Positions 25,878-37,270 of a stretch of 64,000 nucleotides of DNA are shown here, piece by piece (position 1 is the stretch's first letter; the number at the start of each line of letters is the position of its first letter). Position numbers and translations under genes: made by a program. This DNA is from a virus (Duplodnaviria; Heunggongvirae; Uroviricota; Caudoviricetes), in the IMG/VR virus record IMGVR_UViG_3300033076_000838, positions 175,836 to 239,835 of that record; one strand, given 5' to 3'. A model generated the notes under the pieces. That model was not told where the DNA came from, searched no databases, and saw only the letters and a list, made by a program, of their open reading frames with translations.

Positions 25878-26308
25878 TGGCATACGTTTTAGGAAATAAA
25901 ATTGTAAAAGATACAAAAGAGTTCGATACATATGCGTATGGAATTACTCTACCTTTAAAAAGAGGTGGAAATGGTTATTTTGAACAGGCTTTTACTTCCT
26001 TCGAACAAGCTAAATCAAACTTAAAAAATTTACTCCTAACTAAAAAAGGTGAGAGAGTAATGCAACCAGAATTTGGAACAGGTTTAGAAGCATTATTATT
26101 TGAACCGATGGATGGTGAATTCGAAAGTAAATTGACGGATACAATTACGCAGACCGTAAATTACTGGTTACCTTACATCAACGTTGAAGAAATCGATATA
26201 GAAATGACAGATGAGATGAAAGATAGACATATTGCACATATGAAAATACAATTCACTGTCGGTAATCAAATTGAATTACAAGAAATAACATTCACAGTCA
26301 GGGGATAA
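25877..26308 (+). CDS. Baseplate wedge protein, gp25-like
   Basis: NLKNLLLTKKGERVMQPEFGTGLEALLFEP. Confidence 0.9.
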   Translation: MAYVLGNKIVKDTKEFDTYAYGITLPLKRGGNGYFEQAFTSFEQAKSNLKNLLLTKKGERVMQPEFGTGLEALLFEPMDGEFESKLTDTITQTVNYWLPYINVEEIDIEMTDEMKDRHIAHMKIQFTVGNQIELQEITFTVRG

Positions 26309-26314
26309 TAACAA

Positions 26315-28330
26315 ATGGCATTAAATAGTATAACAAAAAAGAGTAATCAAGGTAGAGATATAAAGTATCTTAATAAAGATTTTGCTGGATTCAGACAAAA
26401 CTTAATTGAGTATGCAAAAACTTATTTCCCAAAAACATATTCAGATTTTAACGAATCATCACCGGGTATGATGTTTATCGAAATGGCATCATATATTGGT
26501 GATGTTATGGGATATTATATCGATGATACATTAAAAGAATCTTTAATGTTATATGCAGAGGATAAAGAAAACGTTCTTGCCCTTGCACAATATTTAGGAT
26601 ATAAACCAAAAGTTACATCACCTGCATTAGTTAGTTTGACAGTTTATCAATTAGTTCCTGCAATCGGAACTGGTGTAAACAATAGACCCGATTCAAAATA
26701 CTATTTAAGAATTAAAGAGGGTATGATAGTTCAAGCAAATTCAACAGGTACGATGTTTAGAACTACTGAATTATTAGATTTTAACGTTAGTGATGATAGA
26801 GAAATAACAATATATTCTAAAAGTGGGGATGAACCAAATTTTTATCTGATTAAAAAGCATGTAAATGCAATTTCTGCAGAATTAAGAACAATAGAAAAAA
26901 CATTTGGTTCTCCAGAAGAATTTTCAAAGATTGATATTGCAGATGATAATGTAATTGAAATATATGATGTAAGAGATAGTAACGGAAACAAATGGTATGA
27001 AGTTCCATATCTTGCACAAGAGACAGTTTTTGTAGATTATCCTAATAATGAATATAACGATAAAGATTTAGTTCAATTCAAAGATTCGGTTTCAAATATA
27101 TTAAAGGTATTAAAAACATCTCGTAGATTTGTAACTAAAGTAAACGCAGATAATACTACAACAATCGTATTTGGTGGTGGTAATTCTACATCATCAGATG
27201 AAACTCTTATACCTAACTTTAAAAATGTAGGATTGGGGTTAAATTCATCAATTTCTAAATTAGGTGAATCATTTGACCCTGCTAATTTCTTAAAAACAAA
27301 AAGTTATGGTCAAGCACCATCACAAACAACTATAACCGTCTCTTATTTAGTAGGAGGTGGAATATCTGCAAATACACCAATTGGTGATTTGACAAGAATC
27401 GAAAACATTTCATTCGATGAAGACACAAATATATTTTCAGAAAGTGAATTAGGAGTATATAGAGTAACTAAAGGTTCAATTGCAGTAGAAAATGAAGTAA
27501 CTGCAGTGGGTGGTAGAGGAGCAGAAACAATTGAAGAAATTAGAGAAAATGCATTAGCAAACTTCTCTTCTCAAAATCGTGCAGTAACTCGTAAAGATTA
27601 CCAAGTAAGAGCATTATCATTACCAGCAAAATATGGTGGAATTGCTAAAGCATATTGTGCACCGGATGGTGAGTTAGATAACAATTCACCTGCATCAATA
27701 CTTGCAAACCCAGATACATTAAGTGAATTTACACAATTAGTTCAATCCATGCAAGGTAAATCTGAAATGGAAATTAAAGATAGTGTGAATAAATTTTTAG
27801 TTGGTAAGAAAAATAATTTAAATGAAAAGAATAATCCATTCGCAATAAACTTATATGTGTTGGGTTATAATCAAAATAAAAATTTACAACAAATTGGAAC
27901 TAACCAAGCCTTAAAACAAAATTTAAAAACATATCTAAATGAATTTAGAATGTTGACCGATGGTGTAAATCTATTAGATGGATTTATTATCAATATCGGT
28001 GTAGATTTTGAAATTATGGTATATGGTGGATATAATAAAAGAGAAGTATTGGTAAGATGTATCGATGAGATTACAAATTATTTTAATATAGATAATTGGA
28101 CATTTAATATGGCAATCAACCTAAGTGAATTAGAATTATTGATTGCAGGTATTGAGGGAGTTCAATCCGTTCCAAAATGTGAAATAGTAAATAAATGTTT
28201 AGGACAATATTCGCAATATTCATACAACATTGCTGAAGCAACAAAAGGTAAAATGGTTTATCCATCATTAGACCCATCAGTATTTGAATTGAAATATCCA
28301 GCGAAAGACATAAAAGGAAGGGTAGTTTAA
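26315..28330 (+). CDS. Baseplate wedge protein (gp6/baseplate J-like)
   Basis: YLNKDFAGFRQNLIEYAKTYFP...DFNESSPGMMFIEM; GGRGAETIEEIR...QNRAVTRKDY. Confidence 0.85.
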   Translation: MALNSITKKSNQGRDIKYLNKDFAGFRQNLIEYAKTYFPKTYSDFNESSPGMMFIEMASYIGDVMGYYIDDTLKESLMLYAEDKENVLALAQYLGYKPKVTSPALVSLTVYQLVPAIGTGVNNRPDSKYYLRIKEGMIVQANSTGTMFRTTELLDFNVSDDREITIYSKSGDEPNFYLIKKHVNAISAELRTIEKTFGSPEEFSKIDIADDNVIEIYDVRDSNGNKWYEVPYLAQETVFVDYPNNEYNDKDLVQFKDSVSNILKVLKTSRRFVTKVNADNTTTIVFGGGNSTSSDETLIPNFKNVGLGLNSSISKLGESFDPANFLKTKSYGQAPSQTTITVSYLVGGGISANTPIGDLTRIENISFDEDTNIFSESELGVYRVTKGSIAVENEVTAVGGRGAETIEEIRENALANFSSQNRAVTRKDYQVRALSLPAKYGGIAKAYCAPDGELDNNSPASILANPDTLSEFTQLVQSMQGKSEMEIKDSVNKFLVGKKNNLNEKNNPFAINLYVLGYNQNKNLQQIGTNQALKQNLKTYLNEFRMLTDGVNLLDGFIINIGVDFEIMVYGGYNKREVLVRCIDEITNYFNIDNWTFNMAINLSELELLIAGIEGVQSVPKCEIVNKCLGQYSQYSYNIAEATKGKMVYPSLDPSVFELKYPAKDIKGRVV

Positions 28331-29394
28331 TGTATCAATTTATAACAGCATCAAAAGATGCAACAATCTATTTACAACAACCTAAACAAAACACAGGGTT
28401 GGATGAAATATTAGAAATTTCCAAAGTTTATTATGGAAATCTAAAAGATACTGCCCGAACTTTAATTAAGTTTGATACATCTGCGTTATCTGCATCTTTA
28501 TTATCCGGTGATGTAACTATGAGTTCTTGTGATTTAATTCTTAAAGAATGTGAATCAAATGAAATACCAATAGATTACACAATTTATGCATATGCGATTT
28601 CTCAAAGTTGGGATATGGGTATTGGAACTCGTTTTGATGATATATCAATTGATGGTGTTACTTGGAATTATAGAACATCAGATAATGATTGGTTACAAAA
28701 TTCAGGTAGTTTAAATCCACAAACTACTGGTTCACTAACTGGTAAAGGTGGGGTGTGGTACACTGGTTCATATGCTTCACAATCTTTCAATTATCAAAGT
28801 TCTGATATTGATATGAATATATTACCACTTGTTTCCGCATGGTTAAGTGGTAGTTTTGTAAATGAAGGTATTATATTAAAACATTCATCTTCATTAGAAA
28901 ACGATACGCTAGATTACGGACAATTAAAATTCTTTTCAAAAGAAACAAATACGATATATCAACCAAAAATAAGAATTGGTTGGGATGATTCATCATTTAC
29001 AACAGGTTCTTTAACGGAATTGACAAGTGATGATATTCATGTAACATTTAAGAAACTAAAAGCAAGATACAAAGTAAATAGTAAACCAGAAATTAGAGTG
29101 TTTGCTAGAGAAAAATATCCTCTTAAAACATACACAAATCTTTACTCATATAATGATGTAAAGTATTTACCTGCAACAACTTATTATCAAATTAAAGATG
29201 TAGTTACTGATGAGATAGTTGTTCCATTTGGTGATTACACAAAAGTAAGTTGTGATAGTAATGGTAATTATTTTAAAGTAAACTTAACAAATTGGGAAAC
29301 TAATAGAGAATATTATATTGAAATTAAGATAGATAGAGATGGTGCAATTGAATATTTCTCTGATAAAGATTTAACCTTTTTAGTGGAAAAATAA
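28330..29394 (+). CDS. Putative baseplate/tail structural protein (beta-sandwich)
   Basis: DATIY...NTGLDEILE...RTLIKFD; position in the baseplate operon. Confidence 0.55.
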   Translation: MYQFITASKDATIYLQQPKQNTGLDEILEISKVYYGNLKDTARTLIKFDTSALSASLLSGDVTMSSCDLILKECESNEIPIDYTIYAYAISQSWDMGIGTRFDDISIDGVTWNYRTSDNDWLQNSGSLNPQTTGSLTGKGGVWYTGSYASQSFNYQSSDIDMNILPLVSAWLSGSFVNEGIILKHSSSLENDTLDYGQLKFFSKETNTIYQPKIRIGWDDSSFTTGSLTELTSDDIHVTFKKLKARYKVNSKPEIRVFAREKYPLKTYTNLYSYNDVKYLPATTYYQIKDVVTDEIVVPFGDYTKVSCDSNGNYFKVNLTNWETNREYYIEIKIDRDGAIEYFSDKDLTFLVEK

Positions 29395-29395
29395 T

Positions 29396-30487
29396 ATGTC
29401 ATTACAAAATGAATTTAGAGTATCGGAACTAATATCAAGTGGTTCTGCAGTTATTACCTCACAAAATAGTTTGGGTAATCATACATTCTATGCAAAACCA
29501 ATAAATGAAGATTTTGATGGTGAAACAAGTGGATATGTAGAGAGACCAAAATATAACGAAGAGGAACTTAAAAAAGCAGTAGATGTTGTGGTTGATGAAC
29601 TTATACCACAAACTCCAAAAGAACAACCAAAAGTAGTTCCTCAAAAAACTTACGATAGATTAGAGGGACTATATAGTGGTAGTTTATCAAATGTAAAAAA
29701 TTTAGATAAAGAATTAAGTAATGCTATTGCACAAATACAAACTCTTACTACTGAAAATGAAAATCTAATAACACAAATTGATGTTGAACGTTTATTAAGA
29801 GCATCAGCAGAAAATGAATTAGATATTACAAATGATAAATATGTAACGTTAGTACAAGATTTTCAAAACGCATTGAGTAAAGGTATTAGAGAAGGTATTG
29901 AAAGAGTTTCATTAGAAGCACAACTTAGAGGTTTACAAGCTGAAAAACAAACTTTTAACGAATTACAAACCCAATTAGAAACACAATTACAAAGTGCATT
30001 GGCAAGAACGATTGATTTACAAAACCAAGTAACTAATGCACAACAATTATTAGCATCAGCACAAATTGAAGCATCACAGGCTCAAGCAGCTGCAGCAGCA
30101 GCACAGGCAGCAAAAACACAAGCAGAGTTGGCTAATACTAAGAAGAAGAAAATTATTTGTAACGAATTATATAATCAAGGATACTTACCTCAAAACATAT
30201 GGGATGCGGATGAAAGATATGGTAATATGATGTGGGAAAAAGACCCTCAATTAGTATTAGGTTATATGATGTGGGCTAGAAATGTGGTTAAATTTATGAA
30301 AGAAAAACCTAAATATACCAAATGGATTTACAAAGTGGTTAGACCGTGGACAGAACATATGGCATATGAAATGGGTGAATTATCAAATGATAATTGGGTA
30401 GGTAAAATAATTCACAATATTGGTAAACAATATTGTTATTATGTATATAATAAAACGATGAGTAAAAGAAACGTAGTATGGCAATAA
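29396..30487 (+). CDS. Coiled-coil structural protein with distinct C-terminal module
   Basis: Long Q/E/A-rich coil followed by KIICNELY...GYMMWA...HMAY. Confidence 0.65.
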   Translation: MSLQNEFRVSELISSGSAVITSQNSLGNHTFYAKPINEDFDGETSGYVERPKYNEEELKKAVDVVVDELIPQTPKEQPKVVPQKTYDRLEGLYSGSLSNVKNLDKELSNAIAQIQTLTTENENLITQIDVERLLRASAENELDITNDKYVTLVQDFQNALSKGIREGIERVSLEAQLRGLQAEKQTFNELQTQLETQLQSALARTIDLQNQVTNAQQLLASAQIEASQAQAAAAAAQAAKTQAELANTKKKKIICNELYNQGYLPQNIWDADERYGNMMWEKDPQLVLGYMMWARNVVKFMKEKPKYTKWIYKVVRPWTEHMAYEMGELSNDNWVGKIIHNIGKQYCYYVYNKTMSKRNVVWQ

Positions 30488-32220
30488 CTCAATTTAAAGA
30501 AGTAGTTGATAAGAAAGGCTATAAAGTTGATAGTAAAGATAGAGCAATTTTTGAACAAGAAGTTGCAAAATCATACTTTGGACTTGGAACAGCCGATACT
30601 ATTGAATTTGTATTATATGATGCAAGTGATAATGTATTGCCACAAGGTGAAAGTGGAGATAAAGTTAGATACATTTTTTTAGATGATGTAAACATCTCTA
30701 AATATTTTATTTTTAGTGAAAATAAATCTAACAAAAAAACAAATGGTGCAAAAGAATACATCATCGATACTGAAAAATTAGTTAGAGATGCAGGATATTC
30801 AAATGGTATATTTAAAACTCAAACTACACTTTTAAATAGAAGAGCAGGTTCTGCAGATATAGATAAAGATAAATTATGGATACATGAAATATCACCATCT
30901 CGTACCGAAATTCGTATTTTACCACTTAAAGATAAAGATGGTAAAATTATCAAAGATTTAGATACTCGTGTAGATATTTTCTTAAAAGAAGGTGAGTTTA
31001 GAGATGATACTATATACTTTATACAACCATTTATTGAAAGTCTTAAAGTAGAAAATATTTTACAAAAATTTGTTTCACAAAAAGGAACAATTCAACAAGG
31101 TGAAACATATGTAAAACTTATCCAAAAAGAATTTAATATTTTAAATTGGGAAGAGTTTATAAATGTAATAAAAACAAAATTGATTGAAAGCACAAAATAT
31201 TTTATTGAAAATAGAGATTGGTCTATAAAATCAGTAACTTATGGTAAACCACTTTCAAGTCCAATACCAGTAGAATTATCAATTGATAGAATTAAACAAA
31301 CTATATTACAATCGTTGGTAGAAATTATTGAATATTATTTACCAAAAAGAAATATACAAGAAGATAATATTCTCTCAAAAGATGAGCAAATTACTTTTGA
31401 TGAAACTAAACAAATTTTAAAATCTATTCTTAGCAATAATCAAAATACTTCAACTGAAATTGGTAACAAACAAGGAGTAGTTAGAGGTTGCACAGACCCT
31501 AATGCGTTGAACTATAATCCTCTTGCAGTAGAAAACGATGGTAGTTGTGTTTATAGACCTATACAAGATGCAACTCCAATTCAAAAGATTAGAGGTTGTA
31601 TGGACCCGAACTCATTAAATTACAATCCAGCAGCAACGGAAGATGATGGTTCATGTAGATATGCAGATAAACCCCAAACTACAACTAAAACATTCTATGT
31701 TTGGTCTAGCGAAGGTGGTATTATTTTTACCGATAAAGATGGTAATAAAAACACAAACGTATTTGGTAGAGAATATCAATCATTTACAATCACATATCAA
31801 TCAATTGACCATTTTCAAGGGGATGTAAGAGAAATACCAAAACAAAAAGTAGAATTAAAATTATTCTCATATACAATCTATAATGGTTCACATGAAGCTA
31901 ATCAAAGTGGAAATTATGGTAGTTATGGAAGTGGGTTTACAAACTCATTCCAATACAAAAACTCAGCAGGTGAACCACAAACTGGTCCATCATTAGAACC
32001 GGGAAAATCGGTTACATTATGTGCGGCTGAAGGCACTATCACTGTCGGTGGGCCTAATTGGACGGTTACTAAAGTTGGTGATTGTGGAGTTCCTACAAAT
32101 TATCAACCGACAGTTTCCTATGGTGGCGGCGGTGGTGGTGGAATAACCGGTGGAACTAATGCTAGATATGAAACTGGATTTAATACTGATGTAAATATGG
32201 GTGTGAATAATATACAATAA
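30478..32220 (+). CDS. Putative structural protein with two GCxDPxxxNYNPxAxxxDGSC repeats
   Basis: ORF track; repeats visible in the translation. Confidence 0.65.
   Translation: MAITQFKEVVDKKGYKVDSKDRAIFEQEVAKSYFGLGTADTIEFVLYDASDNVLPQGESGDKVRYIFLDDVNISKYFIFSENKSNKKTNGAKEYIIDTEKLVRDAGYSNGIFKTQTTLLNRRAGSADIDKDKLWIHEISPSRTEIRILPLKDKDGKIIKDLDTRVDIFLKEGEFRDDTIYFIQPFIESLKVENILQKFVSQKGTIQQGETYVKLIQKEFNILNWEEFINVIKTKLIESTKYFIENRDWSIKSVTYGKPLSSPIPVELSIDRIKQTILQSLVEIIEYYLPKRNIQEDNILSKDEQITFDETKQILKSILSNNQNTSTEIGNKQGVVRGCTDPNALNYNPLAVENDGSCVYRPIQDATPIQKIRGCMDPNSLNYNPAATEDDGSCRYADKPQTTTKTFYVWSSEGGIIFTDKDGNKNTNVFGREYQSFTITYQSIDHFQGDVREIPKQKVELKLFSYTIYNGSHEANQSGNYGSYGSGFTNSFQYKNSAGEPQTGPSLEPGKSVTLCAAEGTITVGGPNWTVTKVGDCGVPTNYQPTVSYGGGGGGGITGGTNARYETGFNTDVNMGVNNIQ
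31486..31656 (+). repeat. Two coding Cys-flanked DGSC repeats
   Basis: GCTDPNALNYNPLAVENDGSC and GCMDPNSLNYNPAATEDDGSC. Confidence 0.85.
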
Positions 32221-32224
32221 GTTA

Positions 32225-32232
32225 TATTTATA
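32225..32232 (+). promoter_or_regulatory. Putative late promoter TATTTATA
   Basis: Exact motif 18 nt before 32251. Confidence 0.65.
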
Positions 32233-32250
32233 GACGAGGAATACAAATAA

Positions 32251-35200
32251 ATGGCAATAGAAAGAGTAGAAGATATAAATGATGACCGTAGCGGAGTAGG
32301 TGTAAATCCCGGTGGTATTGATAATGCTATTTTAGCTACAAGTGGTGGTGGCGGTGGTGGAACTTACGTTCCTCCAACTACAACTTTGAATGCACCACAA
32401 AATGTATATGAAACTCAAAATTTATTTGTAAATATTGCAATTAGTTCTACTCCAAATGATAGTATGATTGTAGTTGATGGAAACGAAACTAATCAATTAG
32501 CACCATCTACTATTCGTTTTACGGAAAAAGAATTACTTTCACCAAAGACAATATCGGTAAAAAAATCAGGTCAACAATCTACGGATATATACAAAGTTTA
32601 TACTATCCAAAAAGAAAGTAGAAAAGATACGGAAGTAATAATTCCACCTGCTGATAGAATCGATTACACTTATAGACAAGACCCGAACAATCCCGGTGCA
32701 ATAATTAGAGAACAAGTAGACCCACCAAAGGTATATACAAACGTAACTTATTTCCCATATTTTGAATTAATTGTAGAAAAGTTGATTGATGGAAACTACA
32801 TTCAACAAAATAAATTAGAATCTACAATTGGTGATAGACAAGCAACATTAAATTTAAATCTTTCGTTTAATGTAACTACTGCTGCAGTTTATACCGAACC
32901 AATTCCAACAGCAAAAGGTAAAATTACAATTAATGGTGATGTATATCAAAACGATTTAATTGAATATAGAACTACCGATGGTAAGGTTGGATTAGTAACT
33001 CGTGGAACTACTGAATTAGATTTTTCACCAAATTCAAATGGTGCAAATAACGTTCAATTTACTTCTAAGGGGTTAGATTCACAAACACATTCGGTTACTT
33101 ATAGAATTAATAAAAATGGTAATATAATCACAAACAATACCTTAAATCAAACAATTGATTTGGTAAATGATAATGTGATTGTTGATATTATCGTAACTAA
33201 AAATAACAATCAAGCAGTTCCACTACCATCAACTCCAACATTAAAAACGGAAGGTAATACTTTCGAATTTAATATTTCAGGTAATGATGATTTAAAAATA
33301 CCATACAATTCATTTAATGCAGATGAGGTTGTATTTTCATTAGGAAACACACAACGTGTTATTTCTAATAGTGGTTCTATTGTATTAGGTAAAAATGATT
33401 TTTATAACGGAGTTGGTAATTATGTTTTATATTTACAACCTCGTAGTAATAGAGCAGGAAGTGGTGAAACTATTAAAGTTACAATTAATGTTGTAAATAA
33501 ATATTATTTACCAGGACCAGATATTACAAATATCTACTATCCTCAAAATATTAAAGGTGCAGATTTTAAAGAATTTGAAGTTGATTTTGATATTAGTTGG
33601 CAATCAATCAATACTAACTACGTTGAAATTTACGTTTCAAAATATGATAAAGAATATGCATTAGGTAAATTTTCACCATCTGGTTTAGCAACATTCAAAG
33701 TTAGTGATGTGTTGCGTAAAGCAAAATTACAATTTAATGAAGATACTGATAAGATTCAATTTGAATTCTTATTAATTCCATTTAATGCAGAAGGTGATGA
33801 ATTAACGGAAGGAAAAGTAGAACGTATTTCTATGTTGTTTGATAAGGGTGACCTTAAATTACAACGTGGTAATGTTGTTGCAGATATTCGTAAAGCTTTC
33901 GAACAAAGTTGGGATGAAACTATTTTAAGAGAAGAAGTTTCTAAATTCTTAACTCACTACATCCATATGGGTGATGGTGATAATAAACTTATTGCAACAT
34001 GGGGAATCGATAGAGAAACATTCTCTACATATGAAGAAGACCCAACTACTGGTAATAGAAGTAAAACAAAAGAAGAAAGAGCGTTGGTTCTTAAATTATA
34101 TGAACCATTACCTCGTGAAGTAGAACCAAACCAACAATTATGGATTTCTAAAATTCAGTCTATTCCTATAATAGAACAAATTACTATTATTGATGAATTG
34201 AAGAGTGAATGTGTTCCATTACGTCCTAACTTTAATGTTAGTGTAACGGATGATATTGGATACCAAATTTTAGATGATTTAATTGCAAGTGGTTCATCTA
34301 CATCAACTGATTTAGTAAATACATTTGTAAGTTCAAGTGGATTCTCATTAGAAAACCTAAACATTCAGTATGAAAGTGGTTCTGAAATTTATTGGGAAAA
34401 CTTTGTAAAATATTCATCTGCTGAAGAACGAATTAGAAACTTCTATTATAAAGTTCAATTAATAGAGGGATATAACAATAAAATTAATTTTGTTAGTGCA
34501 TCTACTGCATTTATAAATGGTGGTATTGCAGCATCAAACGAAATTAAATCATACGAATCACAAATCCAAACTTTAAAAAATGGATTCGATGGATTTGAAA
34601 AATATTTATTTACATCATCATCAAATGGTTTAACATATCCATTTATTGATTCAGCATCATATTACAATCCAACGAGTTCACAAGCAATTAGTTGGTATAA
34701 TGGAACTCTTAGTGAAGCAGAAACATATGATGTAAATAACAAAAATTTATTAACAAATAATATTCCTGCACATATTACTAATGATGCCGATAATGAAGAG
34801 TTTACCTTATTCTTAACGATGATGGGTCAACACTTTGATATTCTATGGGCACACATTAGAGGTATTTCACAAACTAAGAAATTAGAACACAAATACGAAG
34901 ATGGAATTGGAAATGAAATGATATACCATATGTTAGAATCTCTTGGATGGGATGCTGATATGGGGGTTCAATCACAATTCTTATGGGAATATGCATTTGG
35001 CAAAGATACTGATGGAACTACTCGTTCTACGATGAGTGGTAAATCAAGACAACATCAAATATGGAGAAGAATTTTAAATAACTTACCATATTTGTTAAAA
35101 CATAAAGGAACGAAACGAGCATTACATGCAGCAATGGCGTGTTATGGAGTTCCAGCTTCATTATTAACAATTATGGAGTATGGTGGGCCACAAGACCCAT

Positions 35201-37242
35201 CATCAGATGCTACAACAACATTCACATTTGATGATAGAACATGTGCACTTGCATTTGATTCATCATCTTATTTAAAAGTTCCATTTACAACATATAATGG
35301 ATATTATCCAAACGCGGTTGAATTCCGTTTAACTGCAATAGATAATCATGCAACACAATCATTAATTAGTGGTAGTGGTTGGGAATTAAACTTAATACCA
35401 GGAACTACCGGTTCTCTTGCTAAAGTAGAATTTAAAATTAGTAATGGTGGATATGTAACTGCATCATCTACGGATTATATGCCGTTCTATAAAGATGATT
35501 ATGCAAACATAGTTGTAAATAGAAGAACAGGTTCTACTACCGAAACTTATGAAGTTTATTTCAAAGAAGGATTTGATGGTAGAATTAGAAATCAAGTAAG
35601 TTCATCTATTTCATATGTGACGGGAAGTACGAGTTGGGGAAGTGGTTCTACATTATATGTGGGACAAACTTTAACAGGTTCTATCGATGAATTCCGTTTA
35701 TGGAGAACACCACTTTCAGAATCTCGTATTAATAATCACACTTTATTACCAGATGCAATTGATGGTTCACATATTTCTGCATCATCAGTTGATTTATTAT
35801 TCCGTTTAGATTTTGAATATCCAAAAGATTTAAGTTTAACCGGTAGTATTAACAACGTTGCAATTTTACAAGATTACACATCATCTGCCCAAGCAGTTGG
35901 ATTTAGTGATACATCATATCCATACAACTACATACCATATGAAAGAAGTGTAACTGCAAATGTTCCATCTTCTGGTTTAACTTATGGAAATAAATTCCGT
36001 TTTGAATCTCAAACACTAACAGGTGATTTGAATTACAAAACTCGTGCAACTAAAAAATCGTTTGACCAAGCTGCAATAGATTCTGATAAATTAGGATTAT
36101 TCTTTTCACCGATGAAAGAAATCAATATGGATATTCTTCGTTCATTAGGTGAATTTAATATTGATGATTATATCGGAAATCCTGCAGATGAATATAGTGA
36201 TTCATATAGTGATTTAACACAATTAAGAAATTATTATTTCCAACGTTACAATTTGAATACACATGAGTATATTCAATTAGTAAGATATATTGATAAATCT
36301 CTTTTTGAAACACTAGAATCATTAGTTCCTGCAAGAGCAAAAGTTTCTTCGGGTCTTTTGATTGAACCTCATATTTTAGAAAGAAGTAAAGTTAAATGGA
36401 ATAAACCAACTGGTTCGTTAAATCATTTTGAAACACAAATTAATACAACGGATACTACTTTAACTACTGCAACTTACACTAATTATCAAACAATACTTTC
36501 AACTACGGAATCAGTTTCGTTAAGTGGTGTAAATACACAATATTCTGCAGAGATTATTACTGAAAATTTAACAACTGCTTCTGCAACATATACAACATAT
36601 GAGGGTGAAGTAGATACTACAACGGAAATTGTAATTGAATCAACATATGATACAATTACATCTACGATTGATGCTCAAATTACTGGTTCAGTAAAGGGTG
36701 CATATGATAATGTAGAATTTGTTCAGGTAGGATTAGATAGAAACTCATTAGGTGTTGCTGGATTCGGATTGTATGGTGAAAACGGAAATAGTATAAGAAA
36801 TTATATAGATTCGTTTGGAAATCGTATCAAAGAAAGAAGTAAAGTATATTTAATAAAAGAAAGTTATACTGAAAAAGTTCCTATAAACGTAAATTCACAA
36901 GATAAGAGTTTGGGAACTGAATTACAAAGTGTAACTAAATACAAATATAATGTAAACATTTTACCATTCACAGGTTCAGATGGAAACGAAACTAATGCAC
37001 CAAGTATAGGTGGTAAAATTGTAGAAGTTACTCCATTAAATGGATATTTCCCAACACATTATAGAAATACAGGTGATTTAACAACTGGTTTACAAAATAG
37101 TTACTTTAATGGTTCAAAACAAACTGCAACTACTAATATTTTAGGTGGTTCGCCAGTACAAACATTTACAACTAACCCTAACGTATTAAAAGTTTCTGAT
37201 ACTGGTAGAGGAAGTGGGGAGCCAATCCTAGAGGTTAATTAA
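32251..37242 (+). CDS. Large baseplate/tail structural protein with Ig-like and LamG-like domains
   Basis: NNLPYLLKHKGTKRAL (baseplate wedge-like); GSIDEFRLWRTPLS (LamG-like); position. Confidence 0.65.
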   Translation: MAIERVEDINDDRSGVGVNPGGIDNAILATSGGGGGGTYVPPTTTLNAPQNVYETQNLFVNIAISSTPNDSMIVVDGNETNQLAPSTIRFTEKELLSPKTISVKKSGQQSTDIYKVYTIQKESRKDTEVIIPPADRIDYTYRQDPNNPGAIIREQVDPPKVYTNVTYFPYFELIVEKLIDGNYIQQNKLESTIGDRQATLNLNLSFNVTTAAVYTEPIPTAKGKITINGDVYQNDLIEYRTTDGKVGLVTRGTTELDFSPNSNGANNVQFTSKGLDSQTHSVTYRINKNGNIITNNTLNQTIDLVNDNVIVDIIVTKNNNQAVPLPSTPTLKTEGNTFEFNISGNDDLKIPYNSFNADEVVFSLGNTQRVISNSGSIVLGKNDFYNGVGNYVLYLQPRSNRAGSGETIKVTINVVNKYYLPGPDITNIYYPQNIKGADFKEFEVDFDISWQSINTNYVEIYVSKYDKEYALGKFSPSGLATFKVSDVLRKAKLQFNEDTDKIQFEFLLIPFNAEGDELTEGKVERISMLFDKGDLKLQRGNVVADIRKAFEQSWDETILREEVSKFLTHYIHMGDGDNKLIATWGIDRETFSTYEEDPTTGNRSKTKEERALVLKLYEPLPREVEPNQQLWISKIQSIPIIEQITIIDELKSECVPLRPNFNVSVTDDIGYQILDDLIASGSSTSTDLVNTFVSSSGFSLENLNIQYESGSEIYWENFVKYSSAEERIRNFYYKVQLIEGYNNKINFVSASTAFINGGIAASNEIKSYESQIQTLKNGFDGFEKYLFTSSSNGLTYPFIDSASYYNPTSSQAISWYNGTLSEAETYDVNNKNLLTNNIPAHITNDADNEEFTLFLTMMGQHFDILWAHIRGISQTKKLEHKYEDGIGNEMIYHMLESLGWDADMGVQSQFLWEYAFGKDTDGTTRSTMSGKSRQHQIWRRILNNLPYLLKHKGTKRALHAAMACYGVPASLLTIMEYGGPQDPSSDATTTFTFDDRTCALAFDSSSYLKVPFTTYNGYYPNAVEFRLTAIDNHATQSLISGSGWELNLIPGTTGSLAKVEFKISNGGYVTASSTDYMPFYKDDYANIVVNRRTGSTTETYEVYFKEGFDGRIRNQVSSSISYVTGSTSWGSGSTLYVGQTLTGSIDEFRLWRTPLSESRINNHTLLPDAIDGSHISASSVDLLFRLDFEYPKDLSLTGSINNVAILQDYTSSAQAVGFSDTSYPYNYIPYERSVTANVPSSGLTYGNKFRFESQTLTGDLNYKTRATKKSFDQAAIDSDKLGLFFSPMKEINMDILRSLGEFNIDDYIGNPADEYSDSYSDLTQLRNYYFQRYNLNTHEYIQLVRYIDKSLFETLESLVPARAKVSSGLLIEPHILERSKVKWNKPTGSLNHFETQINTTDTTLTTATYTNYQTILSTTESVSLSGVNTQYSAEIITENLTTASATYTTYEGEVDTTTEIVIESTYDTITSTIDAQITGSVKGAYDNVEFVQVGLDRNSLGVAGFGLYGENGNSIRNYIDSFGNRIKERSKVYLIKESYTEKVPINVNSQDKSLGTELQSVTKYKYNVNILPFTGSDGNETNAPSIGGKIVEVTPLNGYFPTHYRNTGDLTTGLQNSYFNGSKQTATTNILGGSPVQTFTTNPNVLKVSDTGRGSGEPILEVN

Positions 37243-37262
37243 TTAAAATTATAGAATACTTA

Positions 37263-37270
37263 TATTTATA
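37263..37270 (+). promoter_or_regulatory. Putative late promoter TATTTATA
   Basis: Exact motif 24 nt before 37295. Confidence 0.65.
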
